Source of the DNA: Phallusia mammillata
Taxonomy: Eukaryota
DNA length: 64,000 nucleotides
NCBI GenBank assembly: GCA_965637545.1
Contig: OZ281496.1
Location: 28,830,001-28,894,000, forward strand
Direction: 5' to 3'
Part shown: in pieces, positions 57,600 through 64,000 of the stretch
How positions within the stretch are numbered: the first letter of the stretch is position 1
How the letters are laid out: the number at the start of each line of letters is the position of its first letter
Translations under genes and position numbers: made by a program
The notes under the pieces: generated by a model
What the model was told of the DNA's origin: nothing
The model's input: the letters and a program-made list of their open reading frames with translations, nothing else
Database searches by the model: none

Positions 57600-60500
57600 A
57601 TGCCTTCACCGACATATCGAATTCTTACTTATCTTTTTCTGATGAATGTGCTGCATTTTCAGAGATGTACGTCAATGCAAGGTGATCTCATACTTAGGTA
57701 AAGTGTTTGTAGGAATATTTTTTAAGCGAAATCATCAATCAATGCATTTAAACTTTTGAATAAATTTGCAGTACTTTATATGTTAGTGTGTTGTAGTTGG
57801 TAAGTTACTAAACTGTGATTGACATTCGTTGTAAACAAAATAAAGTCTGGGGAGACAGTGCAGCCATGTAACAAGTCACTTCCTCATGAGTTGTTTCACG
57901 GATTCGCACTTACCTGTCTTCCGCCACCTTTCTTGCTACCCTTGACGCGTCTTTGCTCTAAAAGTCTCAAATATTTTAGCACAGTGCTGCGTGTGTCTTA
58001 GTGTTCTGGAAAATAACCCACTGACAAAACATCTTGTGTACAAAAACCAAATCAGGTCCATAAAAATCCTCTAATTTATTATTTGACTTTTTACTTAGCC
58101 ACGTGCGATACAAAACTGTCGGATTTAAAACACTCGATCACAAAAGTGATTTGTCCTGGCGGCTGTTGGATGCAACATTCAGATTTATGTGGGTCTGACG
58201 ACTACGCCAGAGGTCCTCTGTGTCTTGCTGCGATGCACGCTGGACTGATTGATAGTAAGTCGATGTTTTATTTATCAAGTGTATTTTATTCTTCCTTAAT
58301 TTTGCCACCACAAGACAGTTTCAATGTTAGCAGTCATTCAAAAGTTTGCTTGGTGCTATATGTTTCATCAACTTAAGACGCCAGTTTGGTGTTTTAATTT
58401 AAAGCATTTTGTCAAGATTATCTTTCACAACTTTTTAACAATTTTGTAGATTTTTATTATCTTTGTTGCAATTATCACGTTTAGAAGAGGGAGGATACTT
58501 TGAGGTGTTTAAAAGTGATCCACTGCCCAAGTACGAAGGCACCAAAAGTTACGGCGTAACCAGCAAATCATGCTTTTCTGCTTCATTCACCTACTCTTTT
58601 CAAAGTAAAACAAATTCGTTCATTGGTAAACAAACAACAAAACTTGTTTGTTGTGTTAAAATGCAGAACACTGTTAAGTTTAGTGAGACGTTTTCCTTCA
58701 AATTAGGCAAATGGGTAAACTCGTTTGTTTTGTTTAGTAAAATGCAGAACACTGTTTAATTCAAAAGTGAGGTGACCACTATTTACTTCAAAGTAACTCA
58801 TGTGTTGTTTGTAGTGAAATGCAGCACAAAGGGAAACTCGGAATTTTCTGTGACTGATGTTGATTGTCCTTCCGGTTGTCGTTCCAACTACGTGTGTGGG
58901 ACAAACCTGTACAACAGCAATTCGTCTGTGTGTGCGGCTGCTATTCACGCTGGGGTTTTGAAAGGTTTGTTAAAAGCACAACCACATTTACACACAACAA
59001 ACAGCATTGTGTTGTTGCAGAAAACGGAGGAACGATTACATTTTATTCTCATGGAGGACAAAGTTCGTCCAAAGGTTCAACCAAAAATGGCGTTTCCACT
59101 CAGCCATGCGACACTTTTCTAAAATCCTTTTCATTTACAAGTAAGGGTGTTAACCATGCCCAATTTGCTTGTTCTTTTAGTATCACTGATTTTTTTAAGG
59201 AAGCAACGATTGTTTTCGGAGTTGTCAAAACGAAGGTAAATGCTTGTCAGGAATCAATGCAGAGTTTTGCTCTTGTGCGAGCGGTACAGAGGGGAAAGAT
59301 TGTGCAATTGGTAAGCCAAGTCACTAACATTGATCCTAGGTTGAAATGCACAACATACTTAGTAGTTTTACTGTTTTAGACATCAACGAATGTACGAGTG
59401 GAACACACAACTGTCATCAATACGCAACTTGTATCAACACAGTGGGTAGTTTTCAATGTTCATGCAACGCAAACTACACAGGAGACGGTGTGGAGTGCGG
59501 TTAGTTTTACATAATTTGTGCTCAATGTGTTGTAACGTTCTGGCGCGCTACAACCTAAAAAATTTCAATTTAATAATTAAATGTTTAATTTGGAATCATT
59601 ACTTTCACAAATTTTAACGAATGTACGAGTGGAACACATGCATGTCATGAAAATGCAACTTGTGTGAACACTTTGGGAAGTTTCCAGTGCATTTGTAATG
59701 CAAATTTCACAGGAGATGGGATGCTCTGCGGTAACATTTTTATATAAGACATTGTGTATGGCGGAAAATTTCTGGACATAGATAGTTATAGTATAAAACT
59801 TTCGCAGAGGCTAATTTTTGCTCGGCCAACGTCGGTCTGTGCAAACACAACGGGACTTGCTCGGACAACACTACAGCCTATAGTTGTTCTTGCGACCTTT
59901 GGCACACTGGAGAGCGTTGTGGGCAAGGTATTATTATAATTTTAAGGCGCGAAGTTGAGTTTTAACTGTACAAAACTATAAATTACTTTCAGGATACCAA
60001 TTTCTACATAAGGGAACATTCGTTACTAAATTCAGCCCCTAACCATTCCTCATGCAGGTTCGGTGCAGACCAAATATGGAATTACATAAAGCCCTGTATT
60101 TTTCGTGTGCTAAACATGCCTAACACATACTAATAACATTTGTCAGTTAAGGGCTGACCCAAACAAAAAACGTACTCTTGGGTTATGGAAGTTGTTGCTG
60201 ACTGAGATCAAACTGGCAATTTATAACCAGGCGCTGTGTAGCATATGTAACCTATCGATGTCTGTGTGGCAGGCACTAATCCTGTCTAAAACATCGACCT
60301 GATGCAGGTTATCGCCCCTGTTTGCGGTCTGGTATCTTTTTTTTGGTTTTAGTAATGATTCGTCACGTTTACAGAAAAAGACCACGTGATTATGACCACC
60401 GCAAGAAATTGGACAGACGCAAGAAAATATTGCCAGTCAATTGGTGGAGATTTGGCGACCTGGGGAATGAGAAACGCAACTGTTCGCAAGTATGTAATAT

Positions 60501-61195
60501 AGGTTTAGCTTTAAGCACTCGGACGTTAACGTGAGGCCAATATAAGACTTTTTAACAATACTCTTTTTCCTTTAAGCATAATGCTTTAAGTAACTTACAG
60601 TTGCTAATATTTAAAAAAAATTATGAGGTCCTTTTTTCAATTCGGATTACCTTACTACTTGTTAGGAAATAGATGCTTTTCACTGTACAGTAACCTTTAC
60701 TTAGTGTTGCATAATTTAAAACTCTCCTCAACCTGATTACTGTCATGTTACCCCTCATCAACCTCTTAAAAAGCCGCAAAATGTGGCTTAATTCACATTG
60801 TATGGTACGCACATCAATGATTTCGTTTATAACTGTAACCTTTTATTATTATGATCTTTAGCAGAATTTGCATTAGAACTAACGCCTTTGTGGCTCTGAC
60901 AAACAAGTAGGCTTAAAAAAAACTATGTTCCAGCTCGATTATTGAAAATGTGCTACGTCCCGCTCCACCGTCAAATTACTGGATTGGCTTGTCCGACCTC
61001 GACCAAGAAGGAGTTTGGAAATATGTTGATGGCGTTGCTGTAACATCCAACAATACCGATTTTTCAACCGGCCAACCTGACAACGGGGGTTCAGGACAAG
61101 ATTGTGGATGGTTGTATTTCAATTATAACTTCCAGATGGACGACGGTTCATGTGCAGATAATGGACTCGCCATCTGTGAGAGAATCTTGAACTAG
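57600..61195 (+). CDS. Secreted LCCL-LCCL-EGF-cbEGF-EGF-C-type lectin, copy B (10 exons, 451 aa, plus a cryptic extra EGF exon)
   Basis: Exons 57600-57681 (inferred leader [27 protein letters not shown]), 58099-58254, 58485-58604, 58815-58964, 59021-59140, 59200-59310, 59380-59499, 59808-59927, 60375-60489, 60934-61195 are in frame. Exon lengths 2-10 are identical to copy A. Exon 1 is less certain. Confidence 0.85.
59611..59730 (+). pseudogene. Extra calcium-binding EGF exon with an AA instead of AG acceptor
   Basis: 120-nt phase 1-1 frame (D)[39 protein letters not shown] with an intact GT donor (59731), but preceded by TTTCACAA. Confidence 0.8.
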
Positions 61196-64000
61196 CTGCA
61201 AACGATTCATTTGTTTTAAACTATTTAGTGGTTGGCCTTAACGAAATATCACTTTGTGTAAAGTCACTGAAGTGACGAAAAATTAAAATCGACACTTGTC
61301 ACCGCATTTTACTTGTATTAGTATTCGCTATTTTGTGCTTGTTGTGCGTTTTTTGTATAATCACCGCTTATTAATATGTGCAAATAAATTTTTCTACAAA
61401 GTTTCCCTGTGTAGGCTACTGTTTTATTGGCTAGTGTTGCGATCTAAACTTTGGGAGAAAAGACTGACTATGTTCGGAAGGCAAATATGTTTGGAGTTTC
61501 GGTTAATCAATTTTAGGCAAAAAGTATATCAACAAAAAATGAGGTTTTTAGTTATGAATGCTGCAGTGTTCTTTCTTATTTTGTTTTTTTAATTATTATT
61601 CCCCGCAGTTTGGAACATATGGCAGTAAAGCGAAGCTAATGAAAAGAATAATTACCGTCAAAGAGTCAATTAAAAACGGATGAGCGTTGTAACACAAATG
61701 AAATAATTTAAACTTTAAGTGGAGGTAGTCACATTACATTGTGTGTATTATAGTGCATGTGTATGCAGTAGCACACTGCCTCATAGTACTGTTAAAGAGA
61801 ACTTCTGGTTGGCAAGATTGACCAGTATCAGTCAAGATGAACATAAATTCATAAGTGGAATCAGCCCTGAAGCGTCAATGCAGACCAGCGATCACGGCAC
61901 ACTCATATATTTCCATTAAAGGCACCATACCGAATCAACCGGTCACCAAGCATTCACCACCATATGGCAAGGCGTAGGCTTGAAAAATCTAGCCTGCGGT
62001 GGGATTCGGATTCCTATTGTAAATGTTTGTCATTATTATGTTACTTTTGTCCAGCTGCTCTCAAAAGTGTTGGCCATGAAAACCCCTCAGATCCGCTGCT
62101 TGGAAGCACAATTCACTACACGCAGCCAAACCGGCAACCTTTGACCCGATTGACCTTCCAGCAGACTTTTTTCTTACGTTGTAGCTGCAGGCAGGAGATC
62201 TGCCAAAGGTGCTCACTCAGTTCTAACTTACATTCATTTGTTCCGCAGTGACCCAGAGAGCTGTAGTAACCTCTTGTGTGTGTTGAAAAGTGATGTTTGA
62301 TCATGTTTTCAGATAGTTTAGCTACCTAGTAAGCTGGAATAACTACTTATCTGTCTTTACTTAATCTAGTTTAGGGTGTCGTAGTCCTAATGTAATCCTG
62401 GATATTATGTTTCTACATATGCTGCAACTTACTGTTGTTATAAGGTTTTGTTGACTGATAAAATGCTGTATGTAATGTTTCTGTTCCCTGCAAGCTGTTC
62501 TGTTTGGATATGGAAACGGATTTTTAAAGCAATCTGGAACTAAAGTAGGAAATTTAATATAACATTTACTTAAACTATGTTAGAAACTATATTTTTGGTG
62601 TTTATAACTAAATGGATACTTGTATTTATAAAACGTGTTGATAGGGTCTATTAAAAACATTTTTCTGCTATTGAGGTTGTTGGTTTTATAAGCAAAACTG
62701 AGTTAATTGACTGATTAGTGCGTGGGATGTTTTATTTTTGTAAATTGTTGCAAGCGGGCGGACAGTTTCTAAAGCAGATTTTCTTTTTTGCAGTTAATCG
62801 CCTTAGCTTACACCCAAATTTATTTTCGGTTTATGGGTTTAAATAAGCTTATAAGTAATGTGCACAAACAGACATTTTTTCATACTTACAAATTAGATCA
62901 AAAGTTTTTTAGTGCAAAGTGCATAGCCTGTTTGGTAGCTTGTCTTTGAGTATAGCGTTTTTAATATACATTACGAATTGTGGGTTTGAATTGCTTGTAT
63001 TTTCTTGCGCTCGTGGGCGCTGCAGATTTATTTAAGAGTCAAGTTTGAAGCTTAAAAATAAGAAACACTGGTTAACGATTTGGCCAAAAAAGTAAGTGGG
63101 ATTGAGTACATGAAGTCTTACCTGCATTTCACGTGACCATTACAAAATCGACAACTACGACGATTATATTTAATATATATGCCCCTCATAAATTAAAACA
63201 GCAGAGATAGCTGTTCATCTATTGTGGTTTAGTAACCTTGTCATTGCGAGGTTTCATCTCAAAGGCTATCGGTGTTGTTTCAAATTACTGACTGAGAGAC
63301 TTGAGAGTTGCGATCTTTGTGTTAGAAACTGTTGAGTATTTTCGCGGAATATGGTTGGTTGATATTAGTACTGACATACGTTTTGTGCAGAAACATAAAG
63401 CTAATTAAGTCTTACTGGTGTCGTTTGATAACCGTTAGTTTTGACGTTTTAAAAGAACTTTTCTCTGGAATCTACTCCAAAACCACTATTAGTCAATTAA
63501 TGTTGACGCAACTTATTTCAAAGTTTATGCAACGTAGCAAGTTTTTTGGTATATTTGCAGATTTACACCACAAACAACAAAGAAGGTAAACCTAAACAAA
63601 TTTTCGGGTCAAGTCAATTTGTTTGTGACATTTCCAACCACCCAAAGTCAATTTGTATGAGGCAACGTTGCGTTGATATTTCCAGTCCTAGTTTATTGTG
63701 GTATTTTTTAAGTTTTGGTATAAATCTAATATGTTTTGGTTTATTACGTTCTTTTAAAACAAATATATAGTGTGGAAAAAAACGGCACAAGGTTTGATAT
63801 TTCTATTGCATTGTAAAAACACACGTTTTTAATGAAGCCATCCAACAAAGTTAAACAACTTAGTTAAAGTAAAGAAAAAAAGTATTCATATGCACTCATT
63901 GCACTGAAATATTTATACAAGCCCAGATGCCTAATTTATTTGCAGTTCCAAAATATGCGACAAAAGACAGGATGATGATAAAGCGGCATTAAATTCACGA

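Larger units (their letters stand above)
51950..63132 (+). repeat. Tandem segmental duplication: ~51950-56692 and ~58097-63132
   Basis: Exons 2-10, later introns and about 2.2 kb of 3' flank align (e.g. 56370-56570 versus 62775-63000 nearly identical). Similarity ends at CTGCATTTCAC (~56692 / ~63132). The ~1.4-kb spacer is unique. Confidence 0.9.

Noticed and set aside
63500-63590. Exon-like segment ending GAAG|GTAAAC as the leader of a third lectin copy
   Set aside because: No in-frame ATG with a signal-like stretch, and no LCCL exon follows before the window ends.

Overview
Eukaryotic, AT-rich, intron-dense genomic DNA, most likely an invertebrate chordate such as an ascidian. That assignment is inferred from gene content and architecture, not proven. 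I reconstructed seven spliced protein-coding genes by hand: CCDC166-like (-, 2024-4858); ADP-dependent glucokinase (+, 6158-8913); SEL1L (+, 9631-20438); a signal-EGF-ZP-TM protein (-, 22009-27251); a full-length ABCB transporter with ABCB11/BSEP hallmarks (+, 31837-50247); and a tandem pair of secreted LCCL-LCCL-EGFx3-C-type-lectin genes (+, 51786-54416 and 57600-61195). Most ORFs in the supplied track are exon fragments or noise. Repeats include three hAT MITEs with intact 8-bp target-site duplications, a tRNA-derived SINE family and several local duplications. Two systems stand out. (1) The duplicated LCCL/EGF/lectin pair has divergence concentrated in the sugar-binding loop, unrelated leader exons and an acceptor-dead extra EGF exon. 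(2) The BSEP-like pump has a naturally degenerate ATP site (Walker-B D-Q, signature LSRGQ) and sits downstream of IR1-like and HNF4-like elements. All exon coordinates were read by eye and checked for frame continuity; no database search was run.
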